A DNA stretch of 64,000 nt from Chiloscyllium plagiosum (lineage: Eukaryota). The position numbers were made by a program, and so were the translations under genes. The stretch is taken from positions 58,898,089 to 58,962,088 of the forward strand of contig NC_057719.1 of NCBI RefSeq assembly GCF_004010195.1. Direction: 5' to 3'. Below are positions 1 to 13,047 of this stretch, one piece after another (position 1 is the stretch's first letter; each line of letters starts with the position of its first letter). Below the pieces are notes generated by a model. The model was given only the letters and a program-made list of their open reading frames with translations, ran no database searches and was not told the origin of the DNA.

Positions 1-370
1 GCTGCCAGTGTAACTACGGAAGATGGACTGTTCTACGTAGCCGACAAAGAGACAGGCATAGCTGGGGCCCATACGGGTTCACATGGCTACCCCTTTGGTC
101 TGGAGGAAATGGGAGGATTCGAAGGAGAAATTGTTAAGAGTGAGGACCAGTTCAGCCAAACGAATGAGAGTGTCGGTGGAAGGGTACTGTTGGGGATGTT
201 GGGAGAGGAAAAAACGGAGGGCTTGGACGCCCTGGTCACGGCAGATGGAGGTGTAGAGGGATTGGATATCCATGGTGAAGATGAGGCGTTGGGGGCCGGG
301 GAAACGGAAGTCTTGGAGGAGGTGGAGGGCGTGGGTGGTGTCTCGAATGTATGTGGGGAATGTGGGGACT
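1..370 (-). mobile_element. Penelope-like element, RT fragment (runs off the window start)
   Basis: MDIQSLYTSI...ELVLTLNNFSFESSHFLQTKGVAM are PLE RT motifs; closely similar to 32.3-32.65 kb and 44.3-44.65 kb. Confidence 0.8.
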
Positions 371-1089
371 CTAATCTAAACTCTGGTCAAATAAGCTGTT
401 AATGGTAAGAGATGCTGATCTTGATGAACATTTAGTTATCAAGGATTCTCAGGAGCATGTGGTAATGCGTATTCCAGAATGATGTCTGCTAGTGGGCCTT
501 TCCATCTTCCTGCTTGTGGATGCTGGATTGCTATTAGATCATTTGATTTAAATATGGACTTTGGAAACCTGCACCATTTCAAACACATCAGGCACTGCCA
601 CCTTGCAGGGTCTGAAAAATCCTGTTCTAAATGCGAGAGAGTGAGTTATGGTTTTGTTACCCCTTTGGTCCTTTTATAAAAGGACTAAAAATGTCTTTTG
701 AGACTTAATTTTTTTTGGCCAACTTACATTATTGCAGTGCAAATCCTGAGGTAGGAGTTCTTCTGTAGGAATAGCAAACTATATTTACTACCACTATTTC
801 TACAGGTTTCTGAAAGTTTAAGTTTATCAGGGTTTTGTAGCAGGCAATCCTGTCTTTGGCCTCACTTTCTCCTGACCAAAGGCTCCATCCGTTTTGAGAT
901 CATTTCAACAAAATAATTTAGGAAGACAACTAAATAGGTTAGGGAAGACTAGACATTACACATGCATTTGATGTATGAGCAAAGATAATTGATTATTTTT
1001 CTTGGTTATTCTTTGAGAGAATAATAGACCCATGGAAACACTTACATGGTGAATGCTCTTCTATATCTTTTGTGTGAAAGCTGAATCAG

Positions 1090-2340
1090 TTCCTGGTTAG
1101 GATGAAGAAGGTTGGTTTAAATTCAAAAACGGTGCCAGAAGCAGAGAGTAGGCATAAATGGATCATTTTCAGATTGGCACACACAGTGCCAAAGAAATTG
1201 GTGCTGGGGTTAAACTATTTACTGTATATATCAATGACTTGAATGAAGGGACTGAATATCTGTTTGTTAAAATTTGCTGATGACATGATGAGAGGTTTCA
1301 AAGTAAGTTATGAAGAGGACATAATAAGTCGGCGAAGTGATATCGATAGATTAAGTGAGTGAGCAAAGATTTAGCAGATGATGTATAATGTAGGAAAATG
1401 TGAACTTGTCTACCTTCGCAGGAAAAATTAAAAAATAACAGCATATTATTGACATAGAGAGAGACTGCAGAATTCTGCTTTACAGAGGGAACTTGATGTC
1501 CTGGTACGTGAAACACAAAAAATTAGCATGCAGATTAGGAACCCAAATTAAATTTTGTCATTTAATGCAAATGGAGTGGAATATAGAGGAAGTGATGTTT
1601 TGCTGTGGTCATATAGGATTTTGATGAGACCATGCCTAAAATACCCAGAAATATTTTGTTTTGTTCCTGAAGAAAGGCTAAAATTGCATTAGAAACATTG
1701 CAGGGAAGGTTCACTTTAACTGATGAAGTGTTTATCTTAAAAGGATAGGATGGATTGTTTGGTCCTATCTCCAATGGAATTTAGAGGATTTAGAGGTGAT
1801 TTCACTGAAACATGTAAGATCAAAAGTGAACCCGTTAGGTAGATGATCTAGAACCAGGGGAAACAATTTACAACTCAAGGTTCTCTCATTTAAGGTAGAG
1901 ATGTGGAGAAATCTTTGTGGGTCTGTGGAATTCTCTTCCCCAGAAAGCAGTGGAGGCAGAGTCATTAAATATTTTAAATTCAGCAGGAGATGGATTCTTG
2001 ACTAACAAAGGAACCAACAGGTATTAGGGGTACACAGGAAACTAGAGTTAGGGCTAGTTATTGAATGGTGAAGCAGATTGGAAGTGCTGAATGGCCTTCT
2101 GCTGTTCCTAATTTGTACGTTTGTATGATCTATTTAGATTTCCAGAAAGCCTTTGACAAGATGCTATACAAGAGGCTGGTAAGTAAGATAAGAGCCCTTG
2201 CTATTAGGGACAAGGTACTGGCATGGATAGAGGATGCCTGAATAGGAGATAGATGGAGGCAGAAGGCAGAGAGGAAGGGTAAAGCATTTTTCAGGATGGC
2301 AGTCAGTGACTAGTGGAATTCCACAGGGGTCAGTGTTGTC
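1090..2340 (+). mobile_element. Decayed CR1-type LINE fragments (RT and 3' end)
   Basis: Degenerate YINDL and KFADD codons (tatatcaatgacttg, aaatttgctgatgac) and a CR1 3' tail near 2080-2125, followed by a second RT piece (DFQKAFDK). Confidence 0.7.
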
Positions 2341-2419
2341 AGAAATTCATTGAGATGACAATATAAAAGGATAAAATAAAAACATTTGCTGAGCATAGAT
2401 TATAAAATATTTTTTCGTT

Positions 2420-3860
2420 TATTCTTGGGATGTGCACATTGCTGTTTAGCAGCATTTTATTGCCATCCCAGCTGCCCTTGAGAAGGTGGTGGTGAGCTGC
2501 CTTCTTGAATCACTACAGTGTACAGGTTGCAGGTAGACCCACATTGCCATTAGAGAAGGAATTCAAGGATTTTGACCCAACAACAGTGAAGGAACAGCAA
2601 TATATTTCCAAGTCAGGACTGTGAGTGGCTTGGAGGGGAACTTGCAGGAGACGGTGTTCCCATGTATATGCTGCCCTTGTCCTTCCAGATGAAAGTTGTC
2701 ATGAGTTTGGAAGGTGCTATCTAAGGATCTTTGCTGAATTTCTGCAGCGCCCCTTGTAGATAGTAACACTGCTACGGCTGAGCATCGGTGGTGGAGGGAG
2801 TGGGTGGACATGATGTGATGCCAATTTACTTGGCTGCTTTATCCCGGATGATGTCAAGCTTCTTGAGTGCTGTTGGAGCTATGCCAATCCAAACAAGTCC
2901 GAGTATTCCATCACATTCCTGGCTTGTGTCTTGTAGATAGTTGACAGGCTTTGGGGAATCAGGAGATGAGTTACTTACTACAGTACTCCTAGCCTCTGAC
3001 CTGCTCTGGTAGCCACTGTGTTTATGTGACAAGTCCAGTTGAGTTTCTGGTCAATGGTAACCCTGAGGATATTAATAGTGAGGAATTCTGTGATGGTAAC
3101 CAATTTAATTTAACAAGGGCGGCACGGTGGCACAGCAGTTAGCACTGCTGCCTCATAGCACCAGAGACCCGAGTTCAATTCCCGCCTCGGGCAACTGTCT
3201 GTGTGGAATTTGCACATTCTCCCCATGTCTGCGTGGGTTTCCTCTGGGTGTTCCAGTTTCCTCCCACAGTCCAAAGATGTGCAGGTTAGGTGAATTGATC
3301 ATGGTAAATTGCCCATAGTGTAAGTGAAGGGGTAAATGTAGGGGAATGAGTCTGGGTGGGTTGCTCTTGGAGGGTCAGTGTGGACTTGTTGGGCCGAAGG
3401 GCCTGTTTCTGCATTGTAAGTAATCTAAAAACTTCATTGAATGTCAAGGGGCAGTGATTAGAGTCTCTTACTGGAGGTGGTCATTGCCTTTGCGTTGCAT
3501 CTGGATAGTGTCCAGATCTTGTGGCATTTGAACATGGACTGCTTCAGAATTGGAGAAGTTGTGAATAGTGCTGAATATTGTGTAATCATTGGCACACATC
3601 CCCACTTCTGACCTTATGATGGAGGTAAGGTCATTGATGAAGCAGCTGAAGATGGTTGGGCATAGGATACTGCCCAGAGGAACTCCGACAGAGATATCCT
3701 GGAGCTGAGATGACTGACTTCCAATAACCATGGCCATTTTTCTCTGTGCCAGGTATGACACCAACCAGTGGAGGGTTTACTTCCATTAGCCATTGATTCC
3801 AGTTTGCTAGGGCTCCTTGACACTCAGTCAAATGCAGCCTTGTTATCAAGGGCTGTCATT
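2420..3860 (-). mobile_element. Decayed CR1/L2-group LINE 3' portion, interrupted by a SINE
   Basis: ORF 3468..3764 GVPLGSILCPTIFSCFINDL (RT motif); related sequence recurs at 35.5-36.5 kb. Confidence 0.7.
3117..3430 (+). mobile_element. tRNA-derived SINE (shark HE1-like)
   Basis: A-box-like tggcacagcagttag, B-box gagttcaattccc, and a 3' tail (gggccgaagggcctgtttc) shared with the CR1 3' end; four copies in the window. Confidence 0.85.
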
Positions 3861-3879
3861 CTCAATGCACCAATCATAC

Positions 3880-4180
3880 GGAAGGGGCCCTTGAGCCTAT
3901 CGAGTCCGTACTGTCAAAAATATACTACTACCCATACTAGTCCCAATTTTCCGCACTAGATCCATACCCTTGAATGTTATGACAGTTCAAGTGCTCATTC
4001 AAGTATCACTTAAAGGGTGTGAGCTTTCCTGCCTCAATTACCCTCCCAGCAGTGCATTCCAGACCCCACCACCCTCTGGGTGAAAAGAGTTTTCCTGAAA
4101 TGCCATCTAAACTTCCTGCCTTTCACCTAAAGTTATGCCCCGTTGTTATTGACCCTTTGACTAAGGGGAACAGATCATTT
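3880..4180 (-). mobile_element. CR1 3'-end fragment
   Basis: Similar to the CR1 3' ends at 10.85-11.15 kb and 13.05-13.4 kb. Confidence 0.6.
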
Positions 4181-4802
4181 CATGTTGGAGAGTGGAGGAC
4201 CAGAAAGTAGCAAATACACAAGAAGGCAGGATTAGAAGAGGGAGTGGAATGGGATAGGAAGAAACTTCCAGAGAGGTGTTTTGTATCACTGAAAAGAAGC
4301 AAAAAGATTTCTTGTTTAGATGTGATATGGAAAAAAAAATACTGATCTGATTGTTGTGATAAAACAAATCAACTCATTTTTGTAAGAAGAGAAACAAATC
4401 CACATTGATGAGAAATGTTCTTCTCCTATCAGTTTCTGAGGTAACCTTACACAGGTGGGAGAAGAATATGGGACATGTTTGACACTTTGACACCTTGTCT
4501 CCCTTCAATCTTACATTCATTCTTGCTGAAAGTCATGCTATATGCTCTCCCACACATAGGTTATGCACCTCTCAGTTTGTTGAAGAAATACCAATCTTCG
4601 AAACCCACTGTGATCCTGCAAACTTTACTGGAATCAGTGGAATAGTGGCATGTGCATCTCTGCACTGTCACCCCTTCACTTTTTTCACCGATATGTCTAA
4701 ATGCTGCATAGAAATCTTAGAATTAAAGTAACTAATAAACAAGACAGACTTTTCATTTGATATAATAGTTTGATTAACAAGCTTATCTCCCTTTCTTTAC
4801 AG

Positions 4803-4923
4803 TGCTTATCAATGAAGATGTTGAGAATTTGGAATCATTTTTGCATCGTGGTATTTTGTACACTGAACGTGGCGAGTGGCACGCAGCAATATATGACTTT
4901 GAAAGCGTACTCAAGCTTGACAG
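4803..4923 (+). CDS. TTC6: TTC6 (tetratricopeptide repeat protein 6) internal coding exon A
   Basis: Acceptor ctttctttacag at 4802, donor GTACAC at 4924. Reads xLINEDVENLESFLHRGILYTERGEWHAAIYDFESVLKLD(R), a TPR helix pair. Ends in phase 2, matching exon B. Confidence 0.85.
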
Positions 4924-6837
4924 GTACACTGTTTGAACCTTCTTCCATTGTTAATCACTTAGCTGATTGTATCAGAAAAGTAATAAGACATCATTTCTGA
5001 ACTATATCTACAGGCATGTACAATTAATTCTTACTGTTCATATAAGCCATGGGGTTTGTATAAAGCTACATATGGACTATATACTGGTGAATCCTGTCAC
5101 CAAGTGAATGCTCTGTTCAGATAATGCCTTCCTGGAATGTGTTTAGGTGAAGCTGATTGTGTTTGCTGTAGATAATCGATGCGTTGTTGGTTCAGGATTT
5201 CCTCTCCTCTGTCTTTACTCTCTGCCTCTGACAATAATTTCTTTAGAAGAAACTGCACCATTTTGTTTTAATTTAGTGACACCAGGTGTAACAGTTCTGG
5301 CTGAGCTGCTCCCAGGACTTGAGGTCAACCATAAATCTCCCCTGTGAGGCCTTCGGAATGGCCTTGTAATATATCCTTTGATAAGCGAATGTCAGGCACT
5401 TAGACTACATCATCAGTCCAGCTTAGCCCAATTTATAATGTGGCCCATGTAGCATACCACTTTGACAAAGGCACTTGTATAGGGATCCTTGTGTGCACCA
5501 GAAACAACTCATTTGGTGCCATCCTAAGTCGCGTCTTTTAGGTGATATGATGCCCATTTGCCAAATTGGGATCACACACGTCCATTGTACAAATTTATCC
5601 AGTGGACCCTGTGTGATCCAAATTTGGCTGTCACTGCAGAAAGACAAATATATCATCTGCAGGGTTAGCCAAGCAGCAGCATTATTTAGGGTCACTTAAA
5701 GAGTTATAGATGAGCTGCTTTTGACATACCTTTTCTTGTGGGCTAAGTTTGGTGAAGTATTGTGTTTTTGGAGTTGGCTTTTGGTAGTTGGTTCTTTCAG
5801 GCAGGAAAAACAGATGAATACCTCAAACACAGGTATATTGTGGCAGTGCATCTTGGTCTACAAATCAACCAGGACGTGGAGTCAAGGACGTATGGGAGGA
5901 CACTGGCTTCTTCCATGATCCGCTGTTCAGTTGTGGTGACTGAGCTGACTTCTCCTAGAATACTCCTCAGTGATGTCTCTCTGCCACCCTCTGTTTGGCT
6001 GAGATGCATTAGCAATGGTGGTGGTAGACATATGAGTGTTGGCATACCGACAAAGAACTAAAGGTTCATCCTCCACTGCTTCTGGTGCTACTCCCAGGAG
6101 TGGGGCACTCTGCAATAATAACAATATGCTGGAGGGCAGATTTCTGTATTGCTGAGTGAGCCTGCAAACCCTTTTGAACAATGAATTAGCAATGATAGTA
6201 GCAGTCAGAGCTAGCATGGTATTTGCATGCATCTCTATGACTGCAGTCTGGACTTCCATTTGCAGGACTGAAGTATTGGGAGTTTTTCACTCATGCTGCA
6301 GTGGATGTTGAAAAGAAGGCCCACAAATAGTCAGGTCTGCAGGTGCAGTTATAAAATTGGCAACCACTTTCACGGTGGAAAGAATGGAAGCCAATGTTGT
6401 TGGATGCCATCTATCATGTTGGAGCCAGATAGCTGCATCCTTCCTGATGGGCTCTATTGTGGGTTTGCCAATGCACCAAGCATCTCAGAGTGATCTATAG
6501 TCTGCATTTTCTGCTATCCTGCCTTAATGAATTCCTCATCTTAATTCATAATAGCAGAATTCGACTGTGACCTAGCTCACCACATTTCCCCACCATCCCC
6601 TGCAAAAAAAAACACATGAACCATCCATTTTCCCTGGCCTGGCTGCAGCCAACTTACAACCAGTGACCCATCACTAAGTGGTTAGAGACTTGAAATATAG
6701 CAGAGAACTGTAACACGTTATTATCTTCATTTATCTCAGCAGAATGAAATTCTGTGGAGTCTGTTGCCATACGCTCTGTGATGTGGAGCACCAATCCTCC
6801 ATTATGATGTGGAGATACAGATTGGACTGAGGTGGGC

Positions 6838-7021
6838 AAAGTCAGAAGTCATACCACGCCAGGTTATAGTCCAGAGGGTTCATTTGAAATCACAAGCTTT
6901 CGGAGAGCTGCTCCTTCATTAGGTGAAGTCACTTCACCCAGCAAAGGAGTAGTGTTCTGAAAGCTTATGATTTCAGATAAACCCTCTGGCCTATAACCTA
7001 GTGCCATGTGACTTCTGACTT
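6838..7021. mobile_element. Palindromic Penelope terminal-repeat remnant (two inverted copies, degenerate hammerhead motifs)
   Basis: Arms agtcagaagtca...ggtgaagt and acttcacc...tgacttctgact are reverse complements; same family as 37680-37772. Confidence 0.7.
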
Positions 7022-8109
7022 CCTCCATGATGGAGGGTGTAACTGTGGCAGCACTCCTTTCCTGCTGCAAGTGTCACATTATATCTGGATGTTGTGTCTG
7101 CCGTAGATGAAACCTGGAAAGGTGATGAGAGTTTGGTAATGGATTGTCATCACTGGAAGCTGTATGTGTGAATGGGAGTGTGTGAATATTAGGCCTGAGT
7201 CCTACATGCTGCTAAAAGCAGCCAAGTGAGTAATGAGGATGTGGTGCATTGAGCAGCAAAAGACACTCTTAATTTGGTGAGTATGGGCCATCTTCTTCCA
7301 CTCCCTTCTGAGTGTTTTGCTACACTTACAAGGAAATGTTATATTTCCTTCTATTCACTGTAACTGCTCCCTACCGAGCAATATTGGTGAAATTTGGTGC
7401 CTTCTCCATTTGGGTGGTACTCTACTTTCCTTCCTCTTTAATATTCTGTTTCAGTTATTGTCATTTTTAAGAGTTGCAGTGCCATCCTATGTTAGGTGGA
7501 ATAGACTTACCATTAATAGCTGAAGGCTAGCTGGACATGTATTATCTTTGCGTGATCTTGGGCCCCCAGCCTCCATTGTGCAGGGAGGTAGCCAGCAATG
7601 TGGGTCATGCCCAAATCATGGTAGTGAGGAGGCAGCACAAAGTTTAGCTGTTGCTTCCCTCAAACAAAACTGGCACTTACACATCAGGAATCATAACCCG
7701 CACAACCAGTTAACAGCACAGGCATGTCTTAAGCTCAAATTTCTAAATGTGACATTTGTACTTTATCTGCTATATCACTGTCAAATATGAGTTAATTTAA
7801 TGACAAATAAGTCCAAGAAAATGTTAGCATGCAAGTGGATGAAGGTCTGTCCTGGGTATGAAGAACTGAATTTTGAAATAGTATGTACATTTATTTTATG
7901 TGATTATGTGAAGGAAAAGTTTCATGAGCCATGACTGAGTAGAGTAATTGTTTTCTTCACAAAAGTATCTTCCAGTTTTCCTTCTTCCTTAAAACACCTA
8001 TGCCCAGTAGATTACTGAAACATTAAGAATTTGTGGGAGAAAAATAAATTAGACTTGTAAAGAGGTATTGGGATCACAATATTGTGATTAAATCCCATCT
8101 CTTCACAGT

Positions 8110-8290
8110 AAAAGGTAAGGTAAAGTCGCCATAATCCCAGAGGACTACAGGGTTGCTCTCTCATTAGACAGAGATGACATGGTGGTGGGTTTAAATTGAG
8201 GGTCACCGTGCCTCAGGTGAGGGGTGAGTGAAAAGGCAGGGCCTTGATGGTAATCTCAGCCGGTGTGGGAATTGAACCCATGTTGTTGTT
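8110..8290 (-). mobile_element. tRNA-derived SINE fragment (second family)
   Basis: gggaattgaaccc near 8267-8279 is the reverse complement of a pol III B box; the body differs from the HE1-like copies. Confidence 0.5.
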
Positions 8291-8479
8291 CTTCATGGGG
8301 ATGCAGGCATCACATGAATTTTGTGTTGCCAACAAACTTAAATAACAGCACTATGCTAATTGTGCTGTTAAGTAGAGGGATGCCTGAGCAGAGGGCACAC
8401 GATTGTGTGAGGCTACCACCATTTCAAATTAATTACACTACTTTCAGTCAAACAGCACCCCTTAAAAGCAAGATGTGTG

Positions 8480-10800
8480 TTGGTTGCAGCAGGAACTGGA
8501 ACTGGTTCAGAAAGAGCTAATGGATTTGGTCCAACAGATCAGATGTATATCTAAAATTTGTCCAACATATTGCTGGAGGTCTTGCAGGAGGTGAATAGAA
8601 GGAAAGAGGTCCTTTGTCACTCAATGACCATGGTGTCCTCCAGACAGACACTATGAAAGTAATAAGAATATTAATTCCATTATACAGCCCCAAAACCCTG
8701 GATCTATTGTCACAAAAGGTTCAAAGACTATGGCTGGTTAAGGTTAGTGAATGCAAATACACATGCCGTACATTCACAAGTGACTTCTAGCCTTGCTGGA
8801 ATTGATGCATTAGAACATCTCGTCATTCACCTATTAACAGCCTTTTTCAATCATGACTCAAACTTTGCATTTCTCATCTTATGCCACTGTGACATGCACT
8901 GGTAGCTATTCAGCCAAAGCAGGGACTTTATTAAAACACATTGCACACTCATTAACACACCTTGTGAATGCCCCCATAGAAAGGTAGGCTCTAGCCATGA
9001 TTGGAAAGGACACAACTGAGACCATGACCAGCAGTGGACTGAAACTGTTGAGCTGACAGTTTGTTCCTTTCAAACAACCTTGTTGCATTTTATCCACAAT
9101 ATTTTAAGTTTTATTTGTTGTAGCTCTGATAGGAGGAGTCTACATACTTTAGAAGTAATGTAGGAAGAAGATTTGCAAGTAGAATCACTAGGTCCAAGTG
9201 TCCTGCACCAGAATGGAGGGAAATCACAGCACAGATTCCATCCCAGTGGACTGTGGATTTGCTCACAAATCTTTTCTCTAGTGAGGACTCAGATGATGAC
9301 GTTGGTGGATGGCTGATAGAAAAACACTAATGGGCATGCATAATGAAAGGCTTGGTGCAATGACAAGCCTGCCAGTATAACTAGTAAGAAACATAGAGTA
9401 ATCCTGCACCAGCTTGACAGGCCTATGTTCAGAACCTTTCCAGTGTGGAAGTGGTTCCCAACTCCACGAGAACAGTTACACACTCCACCATGGTGCAGCA
9501 TTCCCAGTGTCCCTGCTTCCATTGCCAATACAGCAGAAACTGTCCAGTATCTGCATTGTACTAAAGTCAAGAAATCTCAGCTTGTTGCCGTGCTGATTCA
9601 GGCTGCTGCCAGAACTCTGATACCAGGATTCAAAGTGACTTGCCAGGTCTCACATGGTCCTGCAGTCAATGCTGCAGCAGATTAATAAGCTGCTTTAAAA
9701 TATGTTCCCAGACTGGTGGCAGTCTCAATGTTGAAAACATTGGAGCTCCGATCATTGCCACTGCATCAGTGTCTTTGCTGTTGCCTTTAGGTCAGTCAAC
9801 TTAGTCTTCTGCAGCTCATTCTAGGGTAACGCAGTGGAGGCTGGACCTTGTAGATCCATAACAGGGCATTCTGCAAGGCCATCTGCAGTCACCCAGAGTA
9901 AAAGTCTATAGCCTTCCACTAATATCACACTGCACGGGATAACTGGACCAGGTAAAAGCACCCATAAGGCAGCCACTAAGGGAAAGTTGCTAGGTCACAT
10001 TTTTTAAGGAATATTGGGTGGGTTGTCAGATAAAATTGGTTTGTATTTGTTATTTTGTGGTGGCTGTTATTTTCAAGGTTGTGTCTAGAGCATGTTATTG
10101 TCCATTACAATGAGAAAGCAAGGCATGTGATTGTTAGACATCATGAATTTAGGTTTGTATTCTTTGGAACCAAAGTTAAATCAAGTAATTGCAGAAAGCT
10201 AGGTCAGGGAAAAGGTGTTGGTTAACACTGCCCTTTTTCCTACTCTTCTGACTTCTTCTCCACTTCATCCTCCTCCTGCTCTGAGATGCTCATTATATCT
10301 CTACTGAAAAGAGCTGTACCTTAATGATGGCCAGGTTGTGGAGGATGAACCAAACCATTATAAATCAGGATACTATCTGCTGAGAGCAAGAAAGCAAGAA
10401 GACCATTGCTTCACTCCAAAAAGCTGCTGTTTTGTATAGTAACATGGCTCTCAGCGGCAGCCATGGGTCTGGTCAGGTTGCAGAATGTTATTAGCCATAT
10501 GTTAAATGGAAGACCCATGTCCCCTGGCAATCATCCTTTGTGCAGACATTGTGGTTCAAATACCAGCAGAGTAAAACCGTCATGTGTGCTGTCAGGATAG
10601 TGGGCACATTCATGAGCATGGTGTGCTGAGTATACACTGAGTGGTAACCTTTTCGCTGCTATCCATTTCAGCATTTAGTAGCACCTTCAGCAAATCTACG
10701 AGTAAACACTTGATGGCACCATCTGCACATGAAATCTGCAGTTCTGGCAAAAATCACCTGCTTGGTCTTCCTGCTTCATTTGTTCAGAGGGAACACAGTG
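8480..10800. mobile_element. Decayed PIF/Harbinger DNA transposon (Myb/SANT-like ORF on +, DDE transposase on -)
   Basis: Minus strand: RKGYHS (10638-10655), AHYPDSTHDGF (10573-10605), G*LPGDMGLPFNIWLIT and ILHNLAI (about 10327-10347), in HARBI1-family order. Plus strand: LLEVLQEVNRRKEVL (8570) and CHKRFKD (8708). No TIRs identified. Confidence 0.6.
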
Positions 10801-10822
10801 GCAGTATAGCTTTAAGAATTAC

Positions 10823-13047
10823 TTAGAGTCATTGAAGTGGACAGCATGTAAACAGACCCTTCAGTCCAACTCGGTCATACTGACCAACTATCCTAAATTA
10901 ATCTAGTTCTTATTTGCCAGCATCCAGCCCATATCCCTCTAAGCCCTTCCTACCCATGTCCCCATCCAGATGCCTTTAAATGTTGTAATTGTACCAGGCT
11001 CGAATACTTCCTCTGGCAGTGCATTCCATACACACACCACAGTTTGCGTGAAAACGTTGCCCCTTATGTTCCTTTTAAAATCTTTCCCCTCTCACCCTAA
11101 ACCTATGCCCCCTAGTTCTGGACTCCTCCACCCCAGGGAAAAGAACTTGTCTATTTATCCTATCCATGCCCCTCATGATCTAATACACCTCTATAAGGTC
11201 ACCTCTCAGCCTCTGATGCTCCAGGGAAAACAGTCCCAGCCTGTTCAGCCTCTCCTTATAGCTCAAATCCTCCAGCCCTGGCATCATCCTTGTAAATCTT
11301 TTCAGAACCTTTTCATGTTCCACAACATCCTTCCAATAGGAAGGAGACCAGAATTGCATGCAATATTCCAAAAGTGGCCAAACCAATGTCCTGCCACAGC
11401 ATGACCTCCCAACTTCTATACTCAATAAAGGAAAGCATACCAAACATTTGCTTCACTATCCTGTCTACCTGCAACTCGACTTTCAAGGAGCTATGAGCCT
11501 GTGCTCTGAGGTCTCTTTGTTCAGCAACACTCCCTCGGACCTTACCATTAAGTGTATAAGTCCTGCTCTGATTTGCTTTTCCAAAATGCCACATCTCGCA
11601 TTTATCTAAATTAAACTTCATCTGCCACTCCTCAGTCCATTGGTCCATCTGATCAAGATCTCATTATACTCTCAGGTAACCTTGCTGTCCATGACACCTT
11701 CAATTTTGGTGTCATATGCAAACTAACTTACCATAACTCCTATGCTCACATTCAAATCATTTACATAAATGATGAAAAGCAGTGGACCCATCACTGATTC
11801 TTGTGGCACACCACCGGTTACAGACCTCTGAAAAGCAACCCTCCATCACTACCATCTATCTTCTACCTTTGAGACAGTTCTGTATCCAAATGCTTAGTTC
11901 TCCCTATATTCCATGAGATCTAACCTTGCGAACCAATCCCCCAAGATTGGTTGGAAGGAACCTTGTCAAATGCCTTACTGAAGCCCATATAGATCATGTC
12001 CACCATTCTGCCTTCTTCAATCCTCTTCGCTACATTTTCAAAAGTTCGTGAGACATGATTTCCCTTGCATACAACCATGCTGCCTATCCCTAATCAGTCC
12101 TTGCCTATCCAAATACATGTAAATCCTGTCCCTTAGGATTCCCTCCAACAACATGCCCATGAGCAATATCATACTCACTGGTCTTTGGTCCCTGTCTTTT
12201 CCTTACCACCTTTCTTAAATAATGGCACCATGTTAGCCAACCTCTAGTCTTCCGGCACCTCACCTGTGACTATCGATGATCCAAATATCTCAGCAAGGGA
12301 CCCAGCAATCACTTCCCTAGCTTCCCACAGAGTTCTAGGGTATGCTTGATCATGTCCTGGAGATTTATCTACCTTATGCGTTTAAAACATCTAGCACCTC
12401 CTCCTCTGTAATATGGACAATTTAAGATGTCACCATCTACTTCCCCACATTCTATATCTTCCATGTCCTTCTCCACAGTAAAGGCTGATGGAAAATGCTC
12501 ATTTAGTATCTGCCCCATTTCCTGCGGTTCCCACACATAGCTGCCTTGCTGATCTTTGAGGGGCCCAATTCTCTCGAGTTACCTTTTTATCCTTAACATA
12601 TTTATAAAATCCCTTTGGATTCTGGTTAACCCTATTTGCCAAAGCTATCTCATGTCTCCCTTTTGTCCTCCTGATTTCCCTCTTAAGTAGACTCCTACTG
12701 CCTTTATACTCTAAGGATTCACTGTCTATACCTGACATATGCTTCCTTCTTTTTCTTGACAAAACCTCAATTTCTCTACATCTACCACCCTGACAGGAAC
12801 AGACTGACTCTGGACTCTTGTTATCTCATTTTTGAAGGCTTCCCATTTTCCAGCTGTCCCTTTACCTGTGAACATCCGCACCCAAACAACTTTTGAAAGT
12901 TCTTCCCTAATACCGTCAAAATTGGCCCTCCTCCAATTTAGAACTTCAACTTTTAGATCTGCTCTATCCTTTTCCATCACTGTTTTAAAACTGATAGAAT
13001 TATGGTTGCTGGTCCCAACCTGCTGCCCCATTGACACCTCAGTCACC
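10823..13047 (-). mobile_element. CR1 LINE (outer copy), 3' part of ORF2
   Basis: RT C-terminus LEYCMQFWSP and WQMKFNLDKC. Breaks at gacacctcagtcacc and resumes at 17814. Confidence 0.9.

Noticed and set aside
3117..3190. tRNA gene
   Set aside because: The A/B boxes are the head of a multi-copy SINE; no complete cloverleaf seen.
5050..5720. RTE-like LINE remnant (ICRVSQAAALF)
   Set aside because: A single weak motif only.
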